Shown here: piece by piece, positions 14,401-27,949 of the stretch
Layout: every line of letters begins with the position of its first letter
How positions within the stretch are numbered: position 1 is the first letter of the stretch
From: Octopus sinensis
Taxonomy: Eukaryota
DNA: 64,000 nucleotides
Reading direction: 5' to 3'
NCBI RefSeq assembly: GCF_006345805.1
Contig: NC_043000.1
Span: forward strand, 21,390,001 to 21,454,000
The notes under the pieces: model-generated
The model's database searches: none
The model's input: the letters and a program-made list of their open reading frames with translations, nothing else
What the model was told of the DNA's origin: nothing
Made by a program: the position numbers and the translations under genes

Positions 14401-16087
14401 TAGTGTATCCATGAGAACAGCAGAGAAAGATTGGGTTATTTACCTTCATAAGATGGAAAAAAGTTGGCAAATAAATATTTTCTATCAATAAGTAAAAGTC
14501 CAAGAGTTATAAATATATGAAAGAAAGTTGTTCTCTCATCAGTTTCCCAAAGATAAACATTATTGTGCTGAGACTCTTCTACAAACAGAAAGGTTAAAGT
14601 AATATATAATTATATGAAGACTAACAAATTTTTATCAATGAAAATTACTACTGCAGAGAAAAGAGAAAAAGTAATTTGTGTTCTTGTCAAGAAAGACAAA
14701 GAAGACAACTCTGAAATACTCATCATCGCTTTCCATGCTAGCATGGGTTGGACATATGACTGAGGGTTGGCGAACCAGATGGCTGCACCAGGCTTCAATC
14801 TTGATCTGGCAGAGTTTCTACAGCTGGATGCCCTTCCTAACGACAACCACTCCGAGAGTGTAGTGGGTGCTTTTATGTGCCACCGGCATGGGGCCAGTCA
14901 GGCGGCACTGGCAACGACCCCACTTGAATCTTTTACACATGCCACCGGCACGGGTGCCAGTGATTTAAAACTGAATGGAAGCATGCAGTAAGGTTTTAAT
15001 GCTTGTGATCTGTTTTTTCATTATTGATGCAATTTTTGAGTAATTAAGATTGTGGTGAGTGGTGGAAACACTACATTACCTATGTTAGTTTTCACTTAAC
15101 TATGTCTTTTTTTATGTTCAAGCCAATCATATTGGAATCTTGGTAACGTCTCTATTTTGCATTATTCCAATGTTGTGAGCCTGAACAATTGTGGAGATCT
15201 CCCCTCGAGAAACCATTGGTTGCCTTGTTTATTCACAAATAAAGTATATGTATGTGTATGTGTGTATATACATATATATGATGATGGCGATGGTGACAGA
15301 TTCTCTCATCATGAACAACAAATGAAAGTTCAGTAAAATAAAGCAGTAATCATGTTCTATGGACATGCATGTGTCTCTTGAGGCCTGCTGATACCTTGCA
15401 AACATTGTGACAAATGGAACAAGTTGAGGACTCAGTCTGCTTGAGTTCTTGTGGATCATTTACTACATGTTTTCTTGGCTGGAGAGCAATATTTGCTTTG
15501 CTCCATGTCACAAACCACAATGGCAGGTAAGGTTTTCATTTAGAGGAGCAGCATTTTGCCAGCATGCCTTCATACTTACATGAAGTTGGTCCTGATATTG
15601 GGGAGCCAACTTTGCTCAAATCTTTGAACTAAAGAGAAGCAGGACTGGGACCAGGTCCTGCATTCTGGTGCTTTGTTTTCCCAGAATGAAAAGGGAATGT
15701 TACATCACTTCAGACTGTCTTTTATATTTATGTCTAATATTTTATTCCACGAGGCTCCGGCAGGGGGTGGTGGTGATCCCTACTGTACTCTTTCACTACA
15801 ACTTTCTCTCACTCTTACTTCCTGTTTCTGTTGTACCTGTATTTCAAAGGGCCGGCCTTGTCACTCTCTGTGTCACGCTGAATATCCCCAAGAACTACGT
15901 TAAGCGTACACGTGTCTGTGGAGTGCTCAGCCACTTGCACGTTAATTTCACGAGCAGGCTGTTCTGTTGATCGGATCAACCGGAACCCTCGTCGTCGTAA
16001 CCGACGGAGTGCTTCCATCCAATATTTTATTGTTATAATGAAGATAATCTATGGATTAATTTTTATTATTATTTCAACCATGTATAG

Positions 16088-16200
16088 GTTACTTATTCCT
16101 ATGAACCAGTCCAAGGAGGATTCAACAGCGGGACAGTCAGAGAGTCACCTTCTGCATTTATGCATCAGTTTCACACACCAGGGACATATTATTATCAAAG
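16088..16200 (+). CDS. Exon E (phase 0->2): VTYSYEPVQGGFNSGTVRESPSAFMHQFHTPGTYYYQ
   Basis: catgtatag acceptor; AG|gtacaa donor; 'GGFNSG...F.HQF.TPGTYYY' cupredoxin-like motif. Confidence 0.9.
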
Positions 16201-17085
16201 GTACAAATATTTTACAACTTTTTGTCTTGTTTTAAACACTAACTCTTGTGAAGAAACTAGATTTTAGAGATATCGTGTCTAAAATATCTTGATGAATTCT
16301 TCTGCAGCATCCTTCTGTTATAGTTATGTTGTCATCCAAGACACTAGTACTGTGATTTTCAAGATCTAAGTCTTCAGTGATAACTCTTTGATGATAAACA
16401 AAATACTAATCAAACAATGCAGTTACCTGTTGTGTCTAGGGAGAGTTACTTTCTTTTTGTGCCTTATAATTTAAGAGTCAAGACGAATGAAAAGGTTGCA
16501 AGATGCAATGAAAATTATAGGAAAATAAAAATAAGAAATAAGTGGAAATTTTACCGGTGAGTGTGTTAAATTATAAGGCACAAAAAGAAAATGACTCTCC
16601 CCAGACACAACAGAATATGCTTCAGCACACGAACACACATAAAGAATCTTGCAAACCAAATCTGCAGTTACCTTGAGCCTCATATTCCAGATGTCATGAT
16701 TTTATAGGTAGTCATCACTTGTTCATTTGATTGCAAACAGATCATTAGAAGATGAAGAGAGGATTGTGTTCTCCTCATCAAAATAAAACTGATAAACACT
16801 CTTCTGTGTTACTTCTTTTGCCAGCCATCACCTACTCTTACTTGTGTCTCATTGCTCACCCTCCATTCCATTCACTATTGTTATTGCCACTCACTCCTCT
16901 ACCAACACCATCTTCAACACCACCTGTAACCGCTAAGTTACAGGGACATAAACACACCACCATCGGTTGTCAAGCAATGTTGGGGGGACAAACACAGACA
17001 CACAAACATATACACACACATACATACATATGTATTGATTAAGTCTTTCCTTGTTTGTTTTGCAAAATAGTGGTTTTGTCTCTAA

Positions 17086-17136
<51 letters not shown>

Positions 17137-17677
17137 TACGATGGGCTTCTTACAGTTTCCATCTACCAAATCCACTCACAAGGCTTTGGTCAGCCTGAGG
17201 CTATAGTAGAAGACACTTGCCCAAGGTGCCACGCAGTGCAAATGAACCCGGAACCATGTGGCTGGTAAGCAAGCTACTTACCACACAGCCACTCCTGTGC
17301 CCAGTAAATGATATGGAACCAATTTGCAATTAGTCTCTTTTGTTGTTGAACAACTAAGTTATAGAAATGTAAACAAACCACCACTGGCTGACAACTTAGC
17401 AATTTGGCAAAATAAGAACTGGAATTGATCTGTTCAGCTACAATTCTTCAATATAGTGCCCCAGCATGGCCACAGTACAATGACTGAAACAAGGAAAGGA
17501 TAAAATATATGTGCTTCTCTGAACTGAAATTCAATTATTTCACCAAGATTTATTTTTGTATATTTAGTTTCTTGATATTTGCTTTGATAAAATTACAGCA
17601 TCTGAAAATTAAATTTTCACCACTGACAGTTCATTTTATTGAAAAAGTAACCAAAATAATCAAAATTTTCTTTTCAG

Positions 17678-17726
17678 TTTCCCAATTAAGAAAATAGGTG
17701 TTATTCAAGTCACAACTCAAACACAG
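17678..17726 (+). CDS. Exon F (phase 2->0): SFPIKKIGVIQVTTQTQ
   Basis: ttttcttttcag acceptor; CAG|gtaaaa donor; 49 nt reconciles phases E->G; final G-V-I-x-V strand of the repeat. Confidence 0.8.
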
Positions 17727-19269
17727 GTAAAATAAATAAATTCTTCAAATGTTCAACACTCTTTTGCAAAACCAAATAACAAAAATAAACATATTGTTCT
17801 TATTTCTTCAAAACATTCAAAATTCTGAGTAACAAAAACATTTCCTTCTCTCTGTTAATTCCAACCATTTGATAACATTTCTAAAGGAAATAAGAATAAG
17901 AGCCATAAAGGGTTATATTTTTATATTTCTTAGTGAAATTTTTAATGAAAATTTCTAATACTCTTTACTCTTTTACTCTTTTACTCTTTTACTTGTTTCA
18001 GTCATATGACTGTGGCCATGCTGGAGCACCACCTTTAATCGAGCAACTCGACCCCGGGACTTATTCTTTTGTAAGCCCAGTACTTATTCTATCGGTCTCT
18101 TTTGCCGAACCGCTAAGTTACGGGGACGTAAACACACCAGCATCGGTTGTCAAGCAATGCTAGGGGGACAAATACAGACACACAAACACACACACGCATA
18201 TATATATATATATATATTTATATACGACGGGACAAACACAAACACACACATACATATATATACATATACATATATACAACGGGCATCTTTCAGTTTCCGT
18301 CTACCAAATCCACTCACAAGGCTTTGGTCGGCCCGAGGCTATAGTAGAAGATTCTTGCCCAAGGTGCCACGCAGTGGGATTGAACCCGGAACCATGTGGT
18401 TGGTAAACAAGCTACTTACCACACAGCCACTCCTGTGCCTAATAAAAACGTTTTCAAAATACAATCTACATTTACAAACTACATATGATGACAAAAGAGG
18501 CAGACCTCAATATCAGTGGAACTAGAGGACTGTATGTATTGAATGACACAGCTCGACACTCTAACCTCTGAGCCATGCATCTTCACAAACATTACATTAC
18601 TATTATTCATATATTATGAGATTTTTATCATGGTGCAGGTGTGACAGTACATTTGAGAAGTTTGCTTCCCAACTACATGGTTTTGGATTCAGTCCTATTG
18701 CATGGCATGTCTTTTATTATGGCCCAGGTGACTCAAACCGTAGGAGTAGATTTTGCAGGTGGAATCTGAAAAGATTCCCCCCATTGCATATGTGTGTGTG
18801 TGTTTCTTTTGTCTTAATATCATGTAATAGTTATAAATAAATACCACTGCCATACAGGAAACTTCATTCATATCCAATATTCTGTGAAAACATGTCTGGC
18901 CATGGAGAAATATTATCTTGCTTGGAAAAAGATGCAGGCTGCTGACAGGAAGGCTATGTGGCCATAGAAACTCTATCTTAGTAAACTTCATCTGACCCAT
19001 AAAAGCATGGAAAGTGGACATTAAAGAAAGAGGTGGCTGTGTGGTAAGAAGCTTGCTTCCCAGCCACATGGTTCCAGGATCAATCCCACTGTGTGGCACC
19101 TTGGGCGAATGTCTTCTACTATAGCCTCGGCCCAACCAAAGCCTCGTCAGTGGATTTGATAGACAGAAACTAAAAGAAAGCCTGTTGTATATGTGTGTGT
19201 GTGTGCCTGTGTGTGTGTGTGCCTGTGTGTGTGTGTGCTGTGTGTGTGTGAGTGTGTATGTGTGTGTGA

Positions 19270-19308
<39 letters not shown>

Positions 19309-19515
19309 TGTGTCTTCGCGCACGCACGCGCGAGTGTGTTTGTCTCCCACCACCGTTTGAAAATTGGTGTTGATGTGTTTATGTCCTGTAACTTAGCTGT
19401 TCAACAAAAGAGAATAAATTCCAAGCTTAAAGAAAAGTACTGGAGTCAATTCACTCAACAAAAATGTCTTCCCAGCATGGCCACAGTCTAATGACTGAAA
19501 TTAGTAAAAGAGAAC

Positions 19516-19555
<40 letters not shown>

Positions 19556-20476
19556 TATATATAAATAATTTACAAGATAAGGGCAGAAGAAAAATTCTAA
19601 TGCCAAATATGCCAAAACAAAAAATTGTCGATAACCATTATAATTTATGCGTCTTGAAACAAACCGATAGAAATCTCTAAAAAATTCATTATTACCGTAT
19701 TGGTCCAATTTCGGGGTTAATTCATAAGAAAATTTTCCCCTCTTCAGTGGCAAATACACGAGATATAAGTGAGATACTTACTCATACCCATGGAAAAAGC
19801 AAGCACTAAGTCCTGAGCACACTTAAGTACCCCAAATATATCCAAAATAGAAAAATCTTCGGCACATCTCGAGACACACACACACACATACACACATACT
19901 GTTTTTGTGTTGACCAACTGAAATCTCACGCTATTATTCATATTGTGAAAGGTGGCAAACTGGCAGAAATGTTAGCACGCCGGGTGAAATGCTTAGCAGT
20001 ACTTTGTCTGTCTTTATGTTCTGAGTGCAAATTCCATCAAGATCGACTTTGCCTTTCATCCTTTCGGGGTCGATTAATTAAGTACCAGTTATGCACTGGG
20101 ATTGATATAATCGACTTAATCCATGTGTCTGTCCTTGTTTGTCCTCTCTGTGTTTAGCCCCTAGTGGGTAGTAAAGAAATAGGTATTTTGTCTGTCTTTA
20201 CATTCTGAGTTCAAATTCCACCAAGGTCAACTTTGCCTTTCATCCTTTCAGGGTCGATAAATTAAATACCACTGGGGTCGATCTAATTGACTGCCCCCAC
20301 CTTCCCCAAAATTTCGGGCCTTGTGCCTCGAGTAGAAAAGATTATTCACATTATGACTCAAAATTTTAATTTAGATATGAATGCTTTAGTGTGGATGGTC
20401 TCACATGGCTTGATATTAAATAGATTAAAGGGTTAAACTGTAGCATTTCATTTAAACACAACTTATTTTTCTTCAG

Positions 20477-20649
20477 GTCCAAGAAGTATCAGTAAACATT
20501 GGTGACATCAGACCAGACCCAATAGTCATCAATGTGAATGACATTATATGTTGGGTGTTTAAAGTCCCCAAACTATATGATCTACAAGAAGTTGATTTTT
20601 TAAAAAGAGTCAAATCATTCGAAACAAAAGATGAGGAACTTGTCAAACG
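20477..20649 (+). CDS. Exon G (phase 0->2): VQEVSVNIGDIRPDPIVINVNDIICWVFKVPKLYDLQEVDFLKRVKSFETKDEELVK
   Basis: tttttcttcag acceptor; CG|gtacag donor; 'PDPIVINVNDIICWVF' repeat motif. Confidence 0.88.
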
Positions 20650-21137
20650 GTACAGCATCATTTTTCATATTTTTTATCATTGATCTCTCTATTTTTCTGA
20701 ATATCTAAGTTCACCATACTGAGTTGCATCCCTTGAGTATGTTCCGTTCCTTTAGGGACAGAAATACTATGGCTTAGGATTGGATCCCATTGCACGGCTT
20801 TTTGAGCCAGTGTCTTCTGTTGTAGCTTCAAGTTGACCAATACTTTGTGAATAATGTTTGATAGGCAGAAACTGTACGAGAAAGGCAGCGAGCTGGCAGA
20901 AATGTTAGCACGCTGGGCAAAATGCTTAGCGTTATTTCGTCTGCCATTACGTTCTGAGTTCAAATTCTGCCAGGGTCGACTTTGCCTTTCATCCTCTCAA
21001 AGTCGATAAATTAAGTACCAGTTACGCACTGGAGTCGATGTAATCAACTTAATCCATTTGTCTGTCCTTGTTTGTCCCGTCTATGTTTAGCCCCTTGTGA
21101 GCAATAAAGAAATAAGAAACTGTACGAGAAGCCTCTA

Positions 21138-21182
<45 letters not shown>

Positions 21183-21571
21183 TGCGCGTGTGCATTTGGA
21201 GGGTGTTTGTGTCTCCTTGCCTTGACAATAGTTGTAAACAAGTGACACTGTTATGCAAGTGATGTTGTGCATTTCCAGTCTTCCAGAGAAACATGTCTGG
21301 CCATGGGAAAAAATTCTTTGCTTGGAAACAGGTGAAAGGATGAGCATCCGGCCATAGAAAATCTACCTAAACAAATTCCATTTATCCCATGCAAGCATAG
21401 AAGCGTAAATGTTAAAACAAGGACAATTTATAACCGATTATTAACATGACTCTCACACATTTTTAAAAGATAAACATCTTAAAACTCACTGAACATTGAT
21501 TGATTTATTATACCATATAGTCTTTTTTATTTTTGTGAACTCTTAAACTTATCTACACTGTCTTTTTTTAG

Positions 21572-21644
21572 GCGTTGCATAGCAAAAGTTCTTGAAAAGC
21601 CTGGCCTGTTTCATTTCACCTCCAAATCTTTCTTAAAACAAAAG
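21572..21644 (+). CDS. Exon H (phase 2->0): RRCIAKVLEKPGLFHFTSKSFLKQK
   Basis: tctttttttag acceptor; AAG|gtaaaa donor; 'KPGLFHFTS' motif; phases fit. Confidence 0.85.
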
Positions 21645-21922
21645 GTAAAAATTTCAAAGACAATGATTCTTGTTGAGTTTATTTAATTATGCCTCTACTC
21701 TTTTATGCTTTTACTCTTTTACTTGTTTCAGTCATTTGACTGCAGCCATACTGGAGCACCGCCTTTAGTCAAGCAAATCGACCCCAGGACTTATTCTTTT
21801 CAAGCCTAGTACTTATTCTATCAGTCTCTTTTGCCGAACTGCTAAGTTACGGGGACGTAAACATACCAGCATCAGTTGTCAAGTGATGTTGGGGGGACAA
21901 ACACAGACACACAAACACACAT

Positions 21923-22022
<100 letters not shown>

Positions 22023-23005
22023 GGCTTCTTTCAATTTCCGTCTACCAAATCCACTCACAAGGCTTTGATCAGCCTGAGGCTATAGTAGAAGACACTTGCC
22101 CAAGGTGCCACACAGTGGGACTGAACCCGGAACCATGTGGCTGGTAAGCAAGCTACTTACCACACAGCCACTCCTGCGCTTATATCCTCTGAACTATATT
22201 GAACTTATATGATGTTATTGCAATATGAAGTTATTTTTTTACTATTTTACCAACTACGAATGTTTGGTGCAAGATAGACCTGAGTGGGAAGCTGTGATTA
22301 CTTTTATTTATTACAATAGATTTGAAAAAGGTGGCTACCTGGCAGAATTTTTGTGTCAAACAAAATGCTGTTCTGTATTTTTTCCTTTCTCTTTCCATTC
22401 TGAGTTCAAATTTTACCCAGGTCAGCTTTGCCATTCATCCTTCCAGGGTCAATAGAGTACCATGTTTGATGGCATAAAAGATGCCCAGGGCATATTAGAC
22501 ACACCCTGATTTCAGCTGTAGCATATTCAAGAAAAAAAGCTTTTAATGTATTAAATTTCGTGGGAGATTCAACTTCACACATAAGACTAGGAATAATTTT
22601 TTAGGCATTTAAAAAAACAAAAAAGTGCATCTTATATGCCATTAAAAATGGTACCAGGAAAATACTGGGATCAATGATATTGACTAACTCCCTTTCTTTC
22701 AAAATTGCTGGTATTGTTCCAAATTCAGAAACCATTATAGAAGGCTTATAAACCTACACAGAATTTAACCCCAAGTTATGCATTGATATCTTTACAGACA
22801 TTCTTCACACATACAGCCTAGGTACATCATACTAGTTGTGCATTGCTTCCATGAAGAAAGTTGTCAAATACATCCACAGATGGGCATAGGATACCTAATC
22901 ATGGATGGTAGAGATATTGAATTAAAAAGCACGACAAAACTTCTTGTTAGGAAAATGATGGATAATCTTGTGGGCTTTTACTGACAACTAGAAGTGAAGA
23001 ATATA

Positions 23006-23697
23006 TTGGGTTGTCCAGAAAGTTTGTGCTAATTTTTAAAGGAAAGAAAGAGGTCAATAAATACTTGCCATTACATTTTTAATCAAGCAAATATGAACCA
23101 TTTGGTTGCACAGTGCGTCTCCATCTTTCCTTTAACTTGAAAATACCCTCTTCCAAGAATTGAGGTGGTTTCATGGCAAAGAATTCATCAAGGTGTCTTT
23201 TTACCTCATCCAAGGAATTGAAATTTTTACCATTAAGACTATTCTGCAGAAACCTGAATAAGTGGAAATCCAAACGAGCAATATCTGGTGAATATGGAGG
23301 GTGGGGTAACACATCCCAGCTGAGCAGCAGCAATTTTTGTCTGGTTACCAAAGCATCAAGTCGCCGAAAATGAATTTTCTTATCTTCCATTTTAAAGGGT
23401 TACAGAATTAATACAGGTTATAGGAACATAGACCTTCTTCTATGAAAAGATAGCTTAAACTGTGCTCTAAATGGAGGTGTAGTCAAATCCTATTTTGAGG
23501 TTGACTTTGCCTTTCATCCTTTTGGGGTCGATAAATTAAGTACCAGTTACGCACTGGGGTTGATGTAATTGACTTTATTCCTTCATATGTCCTTGTTTGT
23601 CCCTTCTATGTTTAGCCCCTTGTGGGTAGTAAAGAAATATAAAGTAAGTCGAAAGGTAAGCTATTATAAATCAGCATGAACTTTCTGGACAACCCAA
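23006..23697 (-). mobile_element. Internally deleted mariner element with both TIRs and TA target duplication; nested SINE ~23480..23640
   Basis: TA|ttgggttgtccagaaagtt ... aactttctggacaacccaa|TA; ORF 23079..23390 has mariner HPPYSPD(I)A...DFHLF motif. Confidence 0.9.
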
Positions 23698-24179
23698 TAT
23701 TTTACATTGAAATTCCTCAGAATTCTCTTTAATAGCAATGACTAGCATATTTTTTCTTTATATATTCTGGTAGATTTGAATGTGATTATGGTAATTACCA
23801 TAGCGTTTCATTTCCGTTGCGACAAAAACGTATTCATAACACACTCGAGTCATTAGCACAAGGGATTAGTGACCATTCTGTAAGCCTGATACCCTATCCA
23901 CATGGTTATTTCTTATCTAGAACCACATCATTTGAGAAAAATGTTATACAATAAAGCAAAATTCAAGAATGTTTGAATTTCTCACCTAAACCATTCTCTT
24001 TCTCTTGATGCTATTCATTACTTGAATTTTTTTACAATGAATCTCATTTATAAACTTTTATTCTAAAGCTCTTATCAGACTCATAATTCTAGAGATAATA
24101 TGTTTTTTTTTTCCTTCGCTTCTAAACTTTCTGTTTCTTCCAATAACTCACAAGTTTATTCACTGTAAAATAAAAATAT

Positions 24180-24230
<51 letters not shown>

Positions 24231-24247
24231 TATATATATATATATAT

Positions 24248-24278
<31 letters not shown>

Positions 24279-24283
24279 GTATG

Positions 24284-24379
<96 letters not shown>

Positions 24380-24443
24380 TGTATGTATGTATGTATGTAT
24401 GTATTTATGTATATATATATATATGTATGTATGTATATGTGTA

Positions 24444-24539
<96 letters not shown>

Positions 24540-25991
24540 AAACAGAAAAAAATCCTTTTAAATTTAAAAGTACATTGATGTGGAATAGATTTTGAAATTA
24601 ACTTCTGTATATGGGGAAAAAAGAAAACCTATATTTGGTCATTCTTTTTGTGTTTCTTTTGAATTATCTGTTTTTAAAGGAATTTGCTTTTAGAGAGAGA
24701 GGGGGGGAGACCGAGAGAGGAGGGAGAGAGAGAGAGAGAGAGTGAGAGAGAGAGAGATAGCATAATGTGGGTGAGAATTATAGGCTGAATGTATGGTTGG
24801 CTGGTTTTATCTTTCAAATTTCTCACCAATGGAGAAAGAGTCAATTTCCAGTTTGGAAACAAGTTTCTTTCATTGGAATTTAGACGACATCAAACAGGGT
24901 AGTCTTGTATGTAAGTATGTATGCATGCATGTATGTATTTATGTATGTATGCATGAGTGTATACGTTTATGCATATATGGATGTATACATTTCTGCATAG
25001 ATGTGTGTATACATTTATGCATATATACATGTGTGCATGCATGTATATATATATATGAATGCACAGATGTACACATAGGTGCAAGCCAAGATTGTACTAC
25101 ATATGTGGAAAATATTTCATCTCAAACTTCATGAATGTTTTACATATTTTAACAGTACCGCTGGCAACTGATTATGGCCGTTGCCAGCCTCCCCTGGCAC
25201 CTGTGCCGGTGGAATGTAAAAAGCACCCACTACACTCACTGAGTGGTTGGCGTTAGGAAGGGCATCTAGCTGTAGAAACACTGCCAGATCAGACTGGAGC
25301 CTGGTGCAGCCATCTGGCTTCCCAGACCCCGGTTGAACGTCCAACCCATGCTAGCATGGAAAGCAGACGTTAAACGATGATGATGATGAGGAGGAGGAGG
25401 ACTGACTATGTATAGCAGTAATTGAATTCTTATTTTGTGAACTGCAGCTTCTCAAGATTTGTACCAAGGCCATTAGTCACACAGCCAAGTATGTATGTAT
25501 GTATGTATGTATGTATGTATGTATGTATGTATGTATGTATGTATGTATGTATGTATGTGTATGTATGTATGTATGTATATATGTATGTATGTATGTAAGT
25601 ATGTATGTATGTATGTATGTACATATGGGAACATGAGTTAGAGGTTAGGATGTTACACTCATGATTGCAAGATTGTGGTTTCAATTCCTGGACTATGCAG
25701 TACATTGTGTTCTTGGGGAAAACACTTCATTTCATGTTGCCCTAGTCCACTCAGCTGGTAAAATGAGAAATTCTGCAATGGACCTGCATCCTGCCTAGGG
25801 ATGCATATACCACAGAATCCAGGAAACCAAACTTATGAGCTGGTAGCTCAGGAAGGACCTTTGATTCTTTTTTTTTTTATGTTTGTATGTATGGTAATCA
25901 TATCCATAAAAGATATTCCTCTCACTGGCTTAATACTCCAGAAAAAGAAATAAGGCTGAATACCAACCCAATGATACTCTTAAGTTCATAA

Positions 25992-26226
25992 GGCGGCGAG
26001 CTGGCAGAAACATTAGCATGCCAGGCGAAATGCTGAGCAGTATTTCGTCTGCCGCTACGTTCTGAGTTCAATTTCCACCGAGGTCGACTTTGCCTTTCTT
26101 CCTTTTGGGGTCGATTAAATAAGTACCAGTTATGCACTGGGGTCGATGTAATCGACTTAATCCCTTTGTCTGTCCTTGTTTGTCCTCTCTGTGTTTAGCC
26201 ACTTGTGGGTCGTAAAGAAATAGATC
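25992..26226 (+). mobile_element. tRNA-derived SINE family B (ggcggcgagctggcagaaacgttagc...), many copies; this one has a 15-bp TSD
   Basis: ctcttaagttcataa duplicated at 25977..25991 and 26227..26241. Confidence 0.85.
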
Positions 26227-26347
26227 CTCTTAAGTTCATAAATGGATTAACATCTTCAGTGATGCAAAGATGTTTAAAAACATCCTTAATAAATCCTCTC
26301 TTAGTTTTTGATAAAGATTATTCATTATCAACCTTATTTTTCTCCAG

Positions 26348-26464
26348 GGGAACAATGAGAATGAAACTGTATTAAGTACAGTCATAGTGGACCCTGTCAA
26401 TGATAGCACTGTGGTGTATGTGGATAATATGGGATTCCATCCACAAAGTGTTGTTTTGGAAAAA
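26348..26464 (+). CDS. Exon I (phase 0->0): GNNENETVLSTVIVDPVNDSTVVYVDNMGFHPQSVVLEK
   Basis: ttttctccag acceptor; AAA|gtaagt donor; 'GFHPQSVVLEKG' corresponds to the plastocyanin F-x-P...G motif. Confidence 0.9.
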
Positions 26465-27439
26465 GTAAGTATAAAGTTATTTATCTAAAATATAAGTATT
26501 AACTGTTTTGCATTCAAATTACTCCGTCAAATGTAATGCTTATTTATAACCTCTGGAGAAGGTATTGTTTACAGTCATGTTTGTTTGTTCGTCTGTGGAC
26601 AAGATTTGGATGAAACTTTCAGGGATGTTTGGCCTCATGACTGGCATGAACTGATTAGATTTTGGAATTGATCCCATACCGGACAAGGATTCTGGATTAT
26701 TTTTCCGTTATTTTTACTTAATTTTGGAGAGCAGTCAGGTTCATTTTTAGTATTCTCGTTTGTGAGAGCAGTTAAGTTTATTTCAAATATTCTCATTATA
26801 AAAACCATCTCCAGCTAATCGTTGAGAGAATGTTGGTGTTGCCTTGGCAGAGGTTTGTGCTCTCTGAGTGCTCTTGTTCATATTACCTTGAGTTAATCAT
26901 AAATTATCTCATAGCTTTGAGATTTCAATGATGTGATCATTTATTTTTAGAAAGACCATTTAGGGTGGTTGTGAGCAGCCTGGTCTGGTCAGTTTGAACA
27001 TAAAACAGGTAGAATATTTGGGCCTTATATGGTCATTTTGAATGCTAAAGGGTTAAGTTTTATCTTTTTATCTTTCACATGTTTCACTCATTAGATTGTG
27101 GCCATGCTGGAGCACCATCTTGAAGAATTTCAGCTGAATGACTTGAATCAACCCCAATAATTATTTTTTACTTGTTTGTTTTTTTTATGGGCGATATAAA
27201 CACACCAACACCAGTTGTCAAGCAGTGGTCAGAGACAAACACAAAGTCACACTTGTATAGATATATATGTACAACAAGCTTCTTTCAGTTTCCTGATCTA
27301 AATCCACTCACAAGGCTTTGGACAGCCCAATGATATATAGTAGAAGACATTTGCCCAAGGTGCCACACAGAGGGACTGAACCCAAAACCATGTGCTTGAG
27401 AAACAAGCTTCTTACCACACAGCCATAACTGCACCTATA

Positions 27440-27484
<45 letters not shown>

Positions 27485-27880
27485 GTTTAATGTCCGCTTT
27501 CCATGCTAGCATGGGTTGGACGATTTGATTGAGGACTGGCGAACCAGATGGCTGCACCAGGCTCTAATCTGATCTGGCAGCATTTCTACAGCTGGATGCC
27601 TTTCCTAATGCCAACCACTCCGAGAGTGTAGTGGGTGCTTTTACGTGCCACCGGCATGAGGGCTAGTCAGGCGCTACTGGCAACAGCCACACTCAAATGG
27701 TGCTTTTTACATGCCACCTGCACAGGAGCCAGTCCAGCGGCACTGGCAATGACCTTGCTCGAATGGTTTTTTTGCTCAAATGTTTTTTTTTCGCTTGAAT
27801 GTTTTATTTGCTCGGATGTTTTTTCGCTCAAATGCTTTTTTTTTAAATCCATGTTTTTATATTGGTTTTCATTATTTCAG

Positions 27881-27949
27881 GGCCAACAGGTTGTATGGAA
27901 ATGGACAGAACCTCACAACATTGTACATGTGACATATTCTTCAGAAGCT
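27881..27949 (+). CDS. Exon J (phase 0->0): GQQVVWKWTEPHNIVHVTYSSEA
   Basis: attatttcag acceptor; GCT|gtaagt donor; 'GQQVVWKW..PHNIV'. Confidence 0.9.

Noticed and set aside
15440-15526. Strong donor GGCAG|gtaagg at 15527
   Set aside because: No good acceptor with a meaningful open frame; exons D and E already join in phase.
18695-19327. 210-aa minus ORF and many similar 'GFFQFPSTKSTHKALV' ORFs
   Set aside because: SINE-A plus CA microsatellite translations recurring in many copies.
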